Origin: Herbinix sp.
GTDB lineage: Bacteria > Bacillota > Clostridia > Lachnospirales > Lachnospiraceae
Reading direction: 5' to 3'
NCBI GenBank assembly: GCA_029239235.1
Contig: JAQZBD010000010.1
Coordinates: 3,716 to 67,715, forward strand
DNA length: 64,000 nucleotides
How positions within the stretch are numbered: position 1 is the first letter of the stretch; every line of letters starts with the position of its first letter. Under the pieces are notes generated by a model. That model saw nothing but the letters and a program-made list of their open reading frames with translations. It was not told where the DNA came from and did no database searches. Shown here piece by piece: positions 45,953 to 55,810 of the stretch. Both the position numbers and the translations under genes were made by a program.

Positions 45953-47518
45953 TCATTTATTATGTCCATCAAAGAATTTATCCAAAGCCCTGAGGATCTC
46001 ATCATCCTCTTCCTCCGACTCATCATTTATAATGGGCTTGAAAGGGATTGGGGTAATACCTTGATTCCGATTGTTTTTCTTGTCAAAGGAAGACTCTTTT
46101 GTTGCGGCTGCTTCTTTTATTACAGATGTTTCCTTTATAGCAGTTGTTTCCTTCGTTACAGATGTTTCCTTCGCTACAAGCGCTTCCTTCTTTGCAGGCG
46201 CTTCCTTCTTAGAAGGTGCTTTCTTCTCTACAGGTGCTTCCTTCTTTGCAGGCGCTTCCTTCTTAGAAGGTGCTTTCTTCTCTACAGGCACATCCTTCTT
46301 AACAGGCACTTCCTTCGTTGCGGACGCTTCCTGTTCCGTAGCATTCTTTTCTCTGCGCTTTTGCGTTGTATTCTTTTCTTTTTTCTCTTTCGAATATGTA
46401 TTAATCGAAGTCACCTTATTCGTATTATAATCATTTTTGTGTTTATCATCCATTGTTGATGTCACCAAATACGTTTTCCAATCAAATATCGCACCAACAG
46501 ATTGAATTGCCACTTCAATCATCTCATCGTCCGGTTCCTTGGTTGTCAATCCCTGCATCCATAAACCTGGCAAGCTGAAAGCATATGCCAATCTGCTCTG
46601 GCTCTTTCCGGCAAGGCGAATAAACTCATAACATACGCCTGCTATGATTGGCACCAATAAAACTCTGCTCACGATTCTCATTACCAAATCGTCAACCGGC
46701 AGCAAAATAAAGAAAAACACGCTGATGATAATTACCAATAACACAAAGCTGGTTTCACAACGTTTATGTCGCTTAGATTGTCCCTTAACATTTGCAACCG
46801 TTAGTTCAAATCCTTGCTCCAGACAGTTAATCGCCTTATGCTCTGCACCGTGATACATGGAAACACGCCTAATCTCTGGTATTCTCGCCGCTATTAAGAC
46901 ATAACCGATAAAAATAATAAGGCGCAGCATACCTTCAATGAATGTCAATGTATATTTATTGGGTATAAACCCAGATAACATATTAGTAATTATAATTGGA
47001 AGTACCATAAATAAAGCAACTGACAGCACAATGGAAAGTAATACTGCAAATGCTGTTAGTAGCACATTGCTCTTATCACTCTTTTTATCCACCTTATTTT
47101 CCTTTGTTATCTCGGCTTCAATCATAGCCTCAACTGTATTTTCATCAATAACTTCATCTATTTCAAAATCATCATCATATTCCAGGGAGCTTTTCTCGAT
47201 TTTACTTTTCCCCTTAGATTTTTTTTCTTTCGATTTAATCTCTTCTTCATCATCAAAAAAACTGGCTGAAAAATTCAAACCCTTGACACCGACCACTACC
47301 ACCTGAACAAGGGCAAGCATACCACGAAAGATTGGCAATTTAAACAATTTCACCTTGTCAGAAAAATCAGTATAAGTACTTTTTTCCACCACAATTTCAT
47401 TATTCGGCTTGCGAACTGCCACGGCGTATTCATCTTCATGCTTCATCATAACGCCTTCCATGACAGCCATGCCGCCAATACCTGATGGTTTCATCTTCAC
47501 ACCCAAACCTTTCTTCAT
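45953..47518 (-). CDS. DUF1385 (YqhQ-like) membrane protein with an internal acidic/basic insert and a long Lys/Glu/Ala/Pro-rich C-terminal tail
   Basis: The core GIGGMAVMEGVMMK ... YHGAEHKAINC is typical of DUF1385, and the position upstream of prmC-prfA is the usual Firmicutes synteny. About 160 extra C-terminal residues contain KKEAPAKKEAPVEKKAPS repeats. Confidence 0.85.
   Translation of the reverse strand: MKKGLGVKMKPSGIGGMAVMEGVMMKHEDEYAVAVRKPNNEIVVEKSTYTDFSDKVKLFKLPIFRGMLALVQVVVVGVKGLNFSASFFDDEEEIKSKEKKSKGKSKIEKSSLEYDDDFEIDEVIDENTVEAMIEAEITKENKVDKKSDKSNVLLTAFAVLLSIVLSVALFMVLPIIITNMLSGFIPNKYTLTFIEGMLRLIIFIGYVLIAARIPEIRRVSMYHGAEHKAINCLEQGFELTVANVKGQSKRHKRCETSFVLLVIIISVFFFILLPVDDLVMRIVSRVLLVPIIAGVCYEFIRLAGKSQSRLAYAFSLPGLWMQGLTTKEPDDEMIEVAIQSVGAIFDWKTYLVTSTMDDKHKNDYNTNKVTSINTYSKEKKEKNTTQKRREKNATEQEASATKEVPVKKDVPVEKKAPSKKEAPAKKEAPVEKKAPSKKEAPAKKEALVAKETSVTKETTAIKETSVIKEAAATKESSFDKKNNRNQGITPIPFKPIINDESEEEDDEILRALDKFFDGHNK
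46182..46289. repeat. 54-bp direct repeat (2 copies) within the DUF1385 tail
   Basis: gcttccttctttgcaggcgcttccttcttagaaggtgctttcttctctacaggt recurs with period 54 (46182 and 46236). Confidence 0.9.
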
Positions 47519-47669
47519 ATTTCGGTCATTTTCATGGCCTAGTTCTTTTGTTTCCAGCTACGCTGCTTATTTAGGCTTGTATTAAAAAATAGGCTGAGGA
47601 ACGTATACCTCAACCCAATTTTTCATGTTTCAATTTTCATGCTAAGAAAAGCGAATGCTTTTAAATGAT

Positions 47670-47873
47670 TTATTTGTTTAAACCATACTTACGGTTGAAC
47701 TTATCAATAGCTCCACGAGCAGCAGAAGCTTTAACCTGTCCAGTGTAGAATGAATGACACTTGGAGCAGATTTCAGTATGGATTTCGCTCTTGGTGGATC
47801 CTGTTACAAATTCGTTACCGCAGTTGCAAACAACCTTAGCCTGATGATATTTGGGATGGATTCCTTCTTTCAT
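47670..47873 (-). CDS. rpmE: 50S ribosomal protein L31 (Zn-ribbon type A)
   Basis: MKEGIHPKY..., with CNCG and CSKCH cysteine pairs. Confidence 0.96.
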   Translation of the reverse strand: MKEGIHPKYHQAKVVCNCGNEFVTGSTKSEIHTEICSKCHSFYTGQVKASAARGAIDKFNRKYGLNK

Positions 47874-48005
47874 GATTTCACCTCTTTACGATCAATTCGT
47901 TATCTATTGGTCAGAAAATTTCCAATCTAATAAACAGCTTACTAAGTATAGCATAGGTACACATAATATGCAATACCTAAAATCTATTCATAAGGACAAT
48001 CCGGG

Positions 48006-49733
48006 TTAAATAATCTTTGTCTTTTTTATAATTTCAATAAACTCTGTATTTGTTTTTGTTCTTAAAAACATATCAATAATTCTTTCTAACGCTTCCTCAG
48101 ATTTCATTCCGCCAAGTGCCTTACGCATCAGGAAGGTAGCCTCTAATTCCTGCTGTGTCAACAGAAGATCTTCTCTTCTTGTGCTAGATCTTGGAAGGTC
48201 AATTGCAGGAAATATCCTCTTCTCAGAAAGGCTTCGATCAAGAACCAATTCCATATTGCCTGTACCTTTAAACTCTTCAAATACCACATCATCCATCCTG
48301 CTGCCGGTATCAACAAGGGCTGTAGCAAGTATGGTCAAGCTGCCACCCTCACGCATATTTCTAGCTGCTCCAAAAAACTTTTTGGGCATATGAAGTGCTG
48401 CCGGATCCAAACCACCTGACAGGGTACGTCCGCTTGGCTGGACTGTTAGATTATAGGCCCTGGCTAGCCTTGTTATACTATCGAGTAGTATAATTACATC
48501 CTGTTTGTGCTCCACAAGTCGCTTAGCACGCTCGATTACCATCTCTGAAACTCTTTTATGATTATCCGGTAGCTCATCAAAGGTGGAGTAGATTACTTCA
48601 ACGTTATTTCCTTCAATGGACTCCTTTATATCTGTAACTTCCTCCGGACGTTCATCTATCAGTAATATGATTAATTTCATATCTTTATGATTTTTCGTTA
48701 TAGCTTTTGCAATTTGCTTTAATAAAGTTGTCTTTCCTGTCTTAGGCTGAGATACAATCATACCTCTCTGTCCCTTGCCGATCGGTGAAATCAGATCCAC
48801 CATTCTCATGGACACTCCGGAGCCTGGAGTTTCTAGATGAATTCTTTGATTTGGGAATACCGGAGTTAAATCCTCAAATCTCCTCCTCTTCTGCGCCTCT
48901 GATGGATGGAAGCCATTCACTGTTTTTACAAACAACAACGCGCTAAACTTTTCATTCTGGTTTTTGATTCTTGTATTACCTGCAACAATATCACCGGTTT
49001 TTAAATTAAATCTGCGAATTTGAGCCGGAGACACATATACATCATTCTCACCCGGCAAATAATTATCACATCGAATAAATCCATATCCATCCGGAAGTAC
49101 TTCCAGGATACCAACTTTTGTCTCACCACTATCCAACTGCTCCATATCATTGGCAGAGGCTGTTACCTTTCGTTCGCCCTGCACTGCTTGAGCGGAATTT
49201 AATTGTGCCGCATCCATTGGCATCTGAGTTACACTGTCACTGAATTTCACTAACCTTTCCTCTGTTTGGACTGCTTTATCCATTGTATAATTTACTTTAT
49301 CTATCGCAGGATTTATTCGTTCTGCTGTATTAGATCTCTCTACTGTATTAGCTCTCTCTGATATATTCGCTCTCTCTGTTGTTGGATTTACCTTCTCCAT
49401 ACGAGGATTTATATTAATCGATCTCTGATTAAATTTCTCTGTTTTGTGATTTATGTTTTCCGTCCGCGAATTCACTTTTTCCGCTCTTTGATTTGTATCT
49501 TCTGTCTTCTGAATTGTTTTCTCCACCGTCTGAACAGAATTAGATTTTTGCATTTTCGCTGCATCCTTTACAAAATCTGCATTGGGTGCTTCATTTTGCT
49601 TGTCCCCCTCATCAGACTTCTTCAGCAGCTCTATTAAATCGCCTTTCTTTAATGCAGCAATATTCTTTAAGCCCTTTTCCTTTGCTAGTTCTCTTAAATT
49701 AACAAGCGTCATGGAATCATATTGTTTGTCCAT
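48006..49733 (-). CDS. rho: transcription termination factor Rho with a ~170-aa N-terminal insertion domain
   Basis: Rho N-terminal helix bundle (LVNLRELAKEKGLKNIAALKKGDLIELL), cold-shock-like RNA-binding domain (GILEVLPDGYGFIR), Walker A (QPKTGKTTLL) and the C-terminal ATPase core. In between lies a low-complexity insert rich in N, E, R, K and T. Confidence 0.95.
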   Translation of the reverse strand: MDKQYDSMTLVNLRELAKEKGLKNIAALKKGDLIELLKKSDEGDKQNEAPNADFVKDAAKMQKSNSVQTVEKTIQKTEDTNQRAEKVNSRTENINHKTEKFNQRSININPRMEKVNPTTERANISERANTVERSNTAERINPAIDKVNYTMDKAVQTEERLVKFSDSVTQMPMDAAQLNSAQAVQGERKVTASANDMEQLDSGETKVGILEVLPDGYGFIRCDNYLPGENDVYVSPAQIRRFNLKTGDIVAGNTRIKNQNEKFSALLFVKTVNGFHPSEAQKRRRFEDLTPVFPNQRIHLETPGSGVSMRMVDLISPIGKGQRGMIVSQPKTGKTTLLKQIAKAITKNHKDMKLIILLIDERPEEVTDIKESIEGNNVEVIYSTFDELPDNHKRVSEMVIERAKRLVEHKQDVIILLDSITRLARAYNLTVQPSGRTLSGGLDPAALHMPKKFFGAARNMREGGSLTILATALVDTGSRMDDVVFEEFKGTGNMELVLDRSLSEKRIFPAIDLPRSSTRREDLLLTQQELEATFLMRKALGGMKSEEALERIIDMFLRTKTNTEFIEIIKKTKII

Positions 49734-50261
49734 TTATTCAACTCCTTCTGTTCAATTGGATTTATTTTGGGAATATGTTAAGAATTGATTCAGAAATTTA
49801 TTATGAGGGCTACATAGCAGTAACCCTTATTTTCGAAATTAGTAAGCCTAACTCTATAAACTTAGAAGTATAACCTTCATAATGCCTAACATTATACGCA
49901 TTTCGTACGGCTTAATTATACAACAGAAGAATTAGAAAATAAAGTATTTTCTTTGGGCATAGGGCTTTTTCCATGTTTTATACAAATTTACAACCCATCT
50001 TCTAAGCATTTTTATCAGTAAAACAAGGTAATCCGATTTTCGTTTCTTTTAAGTAAACCCATCCTTTGAGAAGTTTATTTGTGCCTAAATCTAATCAAAT
50101 CGCTCTGAATAATTACCATTATTTGTAATTTATTTTTTGTCTAAGTACAAGAAAAAAGTTGGATTTGCTTGATTTACCCTCTTCATAATGATATGATAAC
50201 TGTAAAATAGTGTCTTGGACACTGGATTTTTATACCGCCGATGCGGCAGATGGAGGATATT

Positions 50262-51416
50262 ATGAATGCAAAGGAACAGGCTTTAAAAATGCATGAATTA
50301 TGGAACGGAAAAATTGAAACCGTTTCAAAATGCACTGTAAAAACAAGAGATGATCTAGCTGTGGCCTATACTCCCGGTGTTGCAGAACCCTGCAAAATAA
50401 TCGCCGAGGATCAAGAAGCAGCTTATAAATATACAATGAAATCGAATACAATTGCAGTTATTTCGGATGGTAGTGCTGTCCTTGGTTTGGGTAATATCGG
50501 ACCCTATGCTGCAATGCCTGTTATGGAAGGTAAGGCCGTACTTTTTAAAGAATTCGGTGGAATAAATGCCGTTCCGATTTGCCTCGATACACAGGATACG
50601 CAGGAGATTATAAATACGATTGTTGCAATCGCTCCTGGCTTTGGGGGCATTAATTTGGAGGATATCTCCGCCCCACGCTGCTTTGAAATAGAAGAAAGGT
50701 TAAAAGAGCTTTTACAGATACCTGTGTTCCATGATGATCAACACGGAACAGCGATTGTTGTTTTAGCTGCTGCAATTAATGCACTAAAAGTTACAGGTAA
50801 ATCTAAGGAAGATTGTAGAGTAGTTGTAAACGGAGTCGGTTCTGCTGGCATTGCTATTAGTAAATTACTTTTAACCTATGGTTTTAAAAATCTCCTGCTA
50901 TGTGACAGGTATGGTATTATATCCGAGGACTATCCGGACTTAAACTGGATGCAAAAGCAAATGCTCTCTGTTACAAATCTTGAACATCGAAAAGGCTCCC
51001 TATCTGATGCTTTAAAGGGTGCTGATTTATTCGTAGGTGTATCCGCTCCTAACATAGTTACCAAAGAAATGGTAGCTTCTATGAATCAGGATGCAATTAT
51101 CTTCGCAATGGCAAATCCTACCCCAGAAATTATGCCTGACCTGGCAAAAGAGGCCGGCGCAAAGGTTGTAGCGACAGGCCGCTCAGATTTTCCTAATCAA
51201 GTTAATAATGTTGTGGCCTTCCCCGGTATTTTTCGAGGTGCACTGGAAGGACGTGCTACACAAATTACAGAAGAAATGAAGCTGGCCGCGGCTATCGCAA
51301 TTGCCGGTCTGGTTGATGAAAAAGCTCTAAGTGCGGAAAACATTATGCCGGAAGCCTTTGACCCACGTGTAAGCGACGTGGTTAGTAACGCTGTAAAACA
51401 GTATATTAGAATGTAG
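50262..51416 (+). CDS. NAD(P)-dependent malic enzyme (short bacterial type)
   Basis: LAVAYTPGVAEPC, VISDGSAVLGLGNIGP, FGGINLEDI and NGVGSAGIA motifs. A GGAGG SD precedes the ATG at 50262. Confidence 0.9.
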   Translation: MNAKEQALKMHELWNGKIETVSKCTVKTRDDLAVAYTPGVAEPCKIIAEDQEAAYKYTMKSNTIAVISDGSAVLGLGNIGPYAAMPVMEGKAVLFKEFGGINAVPICLDTQDTQEIINTIVAIAPGFGGINLEDISAPRCFEIEERLKELLQIPVFHDDQHGTAIVVLAAAINALKVTGKSKEDCRVVVNGVGSAGIAISKLLLTYGFKNLLLCDRYGIISEDYPDLNWMQKQMLSVTNLEHRKGSLSDALKGADLFVGVSAPNIVTKEMVASMNQDAIIFAMANPTPEIMPDLAKEAGAKVVATGRSDFPNQVNNVVAFPGIFRGALEGRATQITEEMKLAAAIAIAGLVDEKALSAENIMPEAFDPRVSDVVSNAVKQYIRM

Positions 51417-51423
51417 TGAAGCT

Positions 51424-52377
51424 ATGATATGGGATAATAAACGATATCATTCCTTGGATTATGAACTTAAGAAAAGGTTTGGACAGAAAATATATAAGCT
51501 TTCGTTAAATGGCGGTATGAGTTGTCCAAACAGAGATGGCTCCATAGATTCTCGAGGTTGTATCTTTTGCAGTGAGGGAGGCTCCGGGGATTTTGCGGCA
51601 GATCCGACCCTATCAATTACAGAGCAAATTGAAGCCTCCAAAAGCTTAATAGCCAGCAAACTAAGAGATCCGTCGGGTGCGAAGTATATCGCCTATTTTC
51701 AAGCATTTACCAACACCTATGCCCCTATCTCTTATTTATCAAGCATTTTTTCAGAGGCAATTAATCATCCTGATATCGTAGTTTTATCCATTGCCACCAG
51801 GCCTGATTGTCTTGATGAGAAGGTACTGCACCTTCTTTGGGAGCTGAATCAAATAAAACCAGTCTGGATCGAGCTTGGACTGCAAACAATGCATGAGCAC
51901 ACTGCTGACTTCATTCGACGTGGTTATCCTTTATCTGTTTTTGAAGATAAGGTATATCAACTAAACAAGCTTGGCCTGGAAGTCATTGTTCATACAATAC
52001 TGGGCTTGCCAAATGAATCAAAAGATGATATGTTTAAAACGATAGACTACATCTGTTCTTTACCAATTCAAGGGATAAAGCTCCAATTACTGCATATACT
52101 GAAAGGAACTGATTTAGGTACTATGTATGAGGACGGGTTGTCCCTGGAGAATCTATCCTTAGAGGATTATGTAAATCTGGTCATTTCCTGTTTGGAGCGC
52201 ATACCAGAGATAATGGTTATTCACCGTATTACCGGTGACGGCCCCAAGAAGCTTTTATTAGCTCCCCTATGGAGTACCAATAAAAAGCTCGTTCTTAACA
52301 GTATACATAGCCAAATGAAAGAACTCAGAACTTATCAAGGGAAATATAAGACATCACTGAATGAAACGATTCTATAA
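51424..52377 (+). CDS. radical SAM protein, TIGR01212-like
   Basis: GMSCPNRDGSIDSRGCIFCSEGGSGDFA is the characteristic N-terminal cluster region of this family. Confidence 0.85.
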   Translation: MIWDNKRYHSLDYELKKRFGQKIYKLSLNGGMSCPNRDGSIDSRGCIFCSEGGSGDFAADPTLSITEQIEASKSLIASKLRDPSGAKYIAYFQAFTNTYAPISYLSSIFSEAINHPDIVVLSIATRPDCLDEKVLHLLWELNQIKPVWIELGLQTMHEHTADFIRRGYPLSVFEDKVYQLNKLGLEVIVHTILGLPNESKDDMFKTIDYICSLPIQGIKLQLLHILKGTDLGTMYEDGLSLENLSLEDYVNLVISCLERIPEIMVIHRITGDGPKKLLLAPLWSTNKKLVLNSIHSQMKELRTYQGKYKTSLNETIL

Positions 52378-52431
52378 TGATAGGAATGATATTCCTATCA
52401 TTACACCTAATAGATTGATAAGGAGGTCACA

Positions 52432-52965
52432 ATGCAGTCAGATACTTTTATGTTATATAAATTAATGATTTTGTATATCCTTAGCCGAGTTAACTTCCCA
52501 CTTTCCAATGCACAGCTTACTGCCTTCATCTTAGAAAAGGAATATACTACTTATTTTAATATCCAACGTGCTCTAGCAGAATTAATCGAGGATGCCTTTG
52601 TTGAGATGAAAGCCGTACGAAACAGTACCCTGTATCGTATCACAGATAGCGGATATGAAACACTGCTCTTCTTTGATAATATGATATCCTCAGGAATCAA
52701 AGATGATATAGAAGTTTATCTGCTACAGAATAAATATGAGTTGCAGGAGGAAGTATCCACCCGCTCTGATTTGTATCAGGTCAAAAAAGGTGAGTATGCT
52801 GCACATCTTAGTGTAATTGAACGTGATACCACCATTATTGACTTAACACTAAATGTAACCACCGAAGAAGAGGCAATAAGGATCTGTAATAACTGGAAGG
52901 AAAAAAGCTCCGATATTTATGCTTATCTCATGTCCTCACTATTAGAAAATCGTTATCAGGAATAG
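52432..52965 (+). CDS. DUF4364 family protein (PadR-like wHTH fold)
   Basis: YKLMILYILSRVNFPLSNAQLTAFILEKEYTTYFNIQRALAELIED is the typical DUF4364 N-terminus. Confidence 0.8.
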   Translation: MQSDTFMLYKLMILYILSRVNFPLSNAQLTAFILEKEYTTYFNIQRALAELIEDAFVEMKAVRNSTLYRITDSGYETLLFFDNMISSGIKDDIEVYLLQNKYELQEEVSTRSDLYQVKKGEYAAHLSVIERDTTIIDLTLNVTTEEEAIRICNNWKEKSSDIYAYLMSSLLENRYQE

Positions 52966-52971
52966 ACGAAG

Positions 52972-53020
52972 AACTCCCCTTACACTGTGCTTTTAATAAC
53001 ACAGTTAAGAGGAGTTTTTT
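52972..53020. terminator. Terminator between convergent DUF4364 (+) and engB (-) genes
   Basis: aactcc(cc)ttacactgtg ... cacagttaagaggagtt followed by tttttt. Confidence 0.7.
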
Positions 53021-53021
53021 A

Positions 53022-53633
53022 TTAGGACTGCGTTGTTACCTCAGTTGTTAAGCCGCAGATTTCTTCGATACATGCCCATATTTCTTCTCGCCCCTGCTTC
53101 GTCTCGGCAGAGAACGGAATAATCCTTGTGCCTGAGGCTACTTGCAAGCCTTCTCGTATCATCTTCAAATGCTTGTCCTTTTGGCTTCGATTTATTTTAT
53201 CGAGCTTCGTCGCAATGATAATTGGCTGAAAACCATTATAGACGATCCAGTCATACATACTCTTATCATTTGCTGAAGGTTCATGCCGGATATCAATTAA
53301 TAAGAAGATACAGCGAAGCTGCTTCGACATCTTAAGGTATTTTTCAATCATCTTACCCCATTTTTCTTTGATGCTCAGCGAGACTTTTGCATATCCATAT
53401 CCAGGCAGATCCACATAGTATAATTCATTGTTTATATGATAGAAATTAATCGTTTGTGTTTTTCCTGGTTGTCCAGAGGTTCTGGCTAAGGATTTTCGAT
53501 TCATGAGGGCATTAATCAGGGATGATTTGCCTACATTTGATTTACCTGCAAAGGCCACCTCCGGCTCTTCATTCTCTGGCAGGGTACTAGTTATACCGCA
53601 TACGGTTTCTAATTCTGCACTTTTAATTATCAT
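53022..53633 (-). CDS. engB: ribosome biogenesis GTPase YsxC/EngB
   Basis: G1 motif GKSNVGKSSLINAL, DLPGYGYA and ATKLDK motifs. Located downstream of clpX, as in many Firmicutes. Confidence 0.93.
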   Translation of the reverse strand: MIIKSAELETVCGITSTLPENEEPEVAFAGKSNVGKSSLINALMNRKSLARTSGQPGKTQTINFYHINNELYYVDLPGYGYAKVSLSIKEKWGKMIEKYLKMSKQLRCIFLLIDIRHEPSANDKSMYDWIVYNGFQPIIIATKLDKINRSQKDKHLKMIREGLQVASGTRIIPFSAETKQGREEIWACIEEICGLTTEVTTQS

Positions 53634-53734
53634 CTATATCCCTCACTTTCTAATATCTTGTTCCATCATAATATTATTCATTATTTCTATTATATTTAGA
53701 AGATATAACTTCTATATAATAAATTTAACTTCTT

Positions 53735-53763
53735 TCCATAAAGAAGGGGATGCCGCATATTGC
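53735..53763 (-). terminator. Terminator-like hairpin after clpX
   Basis: aggggatg (53735-53742) pairs with catcccct (53756-53763). The minus-strand tail is tctttatgg. Confidence 0.5.
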
Positions 53764-53785
53764 TCCATCCCCTGTTATTTATTAC

Positions 53786-55081
53786 TTAAGCTATTTCATC
53801 CTTACTTTTTTTACTGGAACGACGTATCATCGGTTTTCTAGCTATCATATCCTCGGACCAGATTACTTCAGGTTTCTCGGTTCCAAGTACCGCCTCTTTT
53901 GTAATAATGCATTTCACTGCTTTTGAATCAGAAGGAATATGATACATAGAGTCCATCATGACTTTTTCCATGATAGCTCGAAGTCCTCTTGCTCCAATTT
54001 TCCTAGTGAAGGATTGCTTCGCAATCTCATTCAGTGCCTCGGCATCAAATTCAAGTTCTACACCATCGAGTTCAAATAGCTTTTTATACTGCTTGGTAAT
54101 CGCATTCTTTGGCTCTGTAAGAATTCTTATTAAAGCCGCTTCGTCCAACATATCCAGTGCAACTGTCACAGGTACACGGCCTACAAACTCAGGAATCAAA
54201 CCAAATTTGATTAAGTCTTGAGGCATCGCCTGACGGAACAATTCACCTACACTGGTTTTATTTTTTTCTGATATTTCAGCATTAAAACCAATGGATTTTT
54301 GTCCAATACGTCCTTCAATAATTTTTTCAAGTCCATCAAATGCTCCGCCGCAGATAAACAGAATATTTGTGGTATCAATCTGGATAAATTCTTGATGGGG
54401 ATGCTTTCTGCCGCCCTGAGGAGGTACAGATGCAACGGTACCCTCCAGGATTTTAAGCAATGCCTGTTGAACTCCCTCACCGGAAACATCTCTGGTAATC
54501 GAGGTGTTCTCTGACTTTCTGGTAATCTTATCGATCTCATCAATATAGATTATACCGTATTGAGCGCGCTCAATATCAAAGTCTGCAGCCTGGATGATCT
54601 TAAGAAGGATATTCTCAACATCTTCACCTACATAGCCTGCTTCCGTCAGTGCAGTAGCATCTGCAATCGCAAATGGAACATTCAATAATTTAGCCAGTGT
54701 CTGAGCAAGATATGTCTTACCGGAACCAGTAGGTCCTATCATCAGAAGATTACTCTTCTGAAGCTCGACATCTAAATCCTTTTCAGCGAGAACTCTTTTA
54801 TAGTGATTATATACCGAGACAGCGAGCACCTTCTTAGCATCTTCCTGCCCAACTACATGTTGGTCTAAGAATGCTTTGATTTCTGCCGGTTTTAATAAAT
54901 TAATATCTGAATTAACAACAGCTTCTCCTTCGAACTCTTCCTCAATGATCTCACTGCATATTTCAATACATTCATCACAGATATAAACACCGGGTCCGGC
55001 AATTAGTTTTCTGACCTGATCCTGAGTTTTATTACAAAAGGAACATCTCAACTGTTTTCTATCATCTACTTTTCCTGCCAC
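53786..55081 (-). CDS. clpX: ATP-dependent Clp protease ATP-binding subunit ClpX
   Basis: N-terminal zinc finger CSFCNK...CDECI, Walker A GPTGSGKT and Walker [13 protein letters not shown] start. Confidence 0.97.
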   Translation of the reverse strand: MAGKVDDRKQLRCSFCNKTQDQVRKLIAGPGVYICDECIEICSEIIEEEFEGEAVVNSDINLLKPAEIKAFLDQHVVGQEDAKKVLAVSVYNHYKRVLAEKDLDVELQKSNLLMIGPTGSGKTYLAQTLAKLLNVPFAIADATALTEAGYVGEDVENILLKIIQAADFDIERAQYGIIYIDEIDKITRKSENTSITRDVSGEGVQQALLKILEGTVASVPPQGGRKHPHQEFIQIDTTNILFICGGAFDGLEKIIEGRIGQKSIGFNAEISEKNKTSVGELFRQAMPQDLIKFGLIPEFVGRVPVTVALDMLDEAALIRILTEPKNAITKQYKKLFELDGVELEFDAEALNEIAKQSFTRKIGARGLRAIMEKVMMDSMYHIPSDSKAVKCIITKEAVLGTEKPEVIWSEDMIARKPMIRRSSKKSKDEIA

Positions 55082-55190
55082 TGCCTACTCACCTCTTCTC
55101 CTAAGTCATGTAAAGTTTGAATGATTCATATTTCTTGTGTAAAGAAGTCCGAAACGAACTCCCTTACACAGTGATGATTTTAACTCACAG

Positions 55191-55772
55191 TTATCTGCTA
55201 GCTAAGATACCATCAATAATTCCATATTCACGAGATTCTTCTGCAGTCATATAATGATCTCTCTCTGTATCTACTTCAATGACTTCCAAAGGTTTTCCCG
55301 TGTTCTTTGCTAAGATTTCGTTTAATTTTTTTCTTGTTTTCAGAATGTTATCTGCAACAATCTTAATGTCAGTTGCTTGACCTCTTGCACCACCGGATGG
55401 CTGATGAATCATTACCTCTGCATTTGGAAGAGCAAATCTCTTGCCCTTGGTACCGCCTGCAAGTAAGAATGCTCCCATACTAGCTGCCATACCGATACAG
55501 ATTGTAGATACATCACATTTGATATAATTCATGGTATCAAAGATCGCCATACCTGCTGTTACAGATCCACCAGGACTGTTAATATAGAAATTAATATCCT
55601 TACCCGGATCCTCTGACTCTAAAAATAATAACTGAGCTACAATAAGGCTTGCTGTAACATCATTTACTTCTTCTCCGAGGAAAATGATTCTTTCCTTTAA
55701 TAATCTGGAATAGATGTCGTAGCTTCTCTCGCCACGACTTGTTTGTTCAATGACATAAGGTACTAAACTCAT
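55191..55772 (-). CDS. clpP: ATP-dependent Clp protease proteolytic subunit ClpP
   Basis: Active-site context [11 protein letters not shown] (Ser) and MIHQPSGG (His). Confidence 0.97.
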   Translation of the reverse strand: MSLVPYVIEQTSRGERSYDIYSRLLKERIIFLGEEVNDVTASLIVAQLLFLESEDPGKDINFYINSPGGSVTAGMAIFDTMNYIKCDVSTICIGMAASMGAFLLAGGTKGKRFALPNAEVMIHQPSGGARGQATDIKIVADNILKTRKKLNEILAKNTGKPLEVIEVDTERDHYMTAEESREYGIIDGILASR

Positions 55773-55810
55773 ACATTTATCCTCCTATTTCTTCTAACCT
55801 TAACGAGAAA

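Noticed and set aside
45962-46459. Long antisense ORFs (165 aa and 119 aa) opposite the DUF1385 tail. Similar shadow ORFs occur at 32713-33192, 38526-38975, 40057-40465, 5593-5916, 16517-16819, 17923-18279 and 28874-29245
   Set aside because: All lie fully inside well-supported genes on the other strand, have biased repetitive composition and lack ribosome-binding sites. They are typical shadow ORFs.
55155-55195. The clpP-clpX intergenic sequence (gaactcccttacacagtg...cacagtta) resembles the terminator at 52972-53020
   Set aside because: In this copy the cacagt elements are direct rather than inverted repeats, and the closing arm and T-run are missing. It cannot form the hairpin, and the similarity is short and may be chance.
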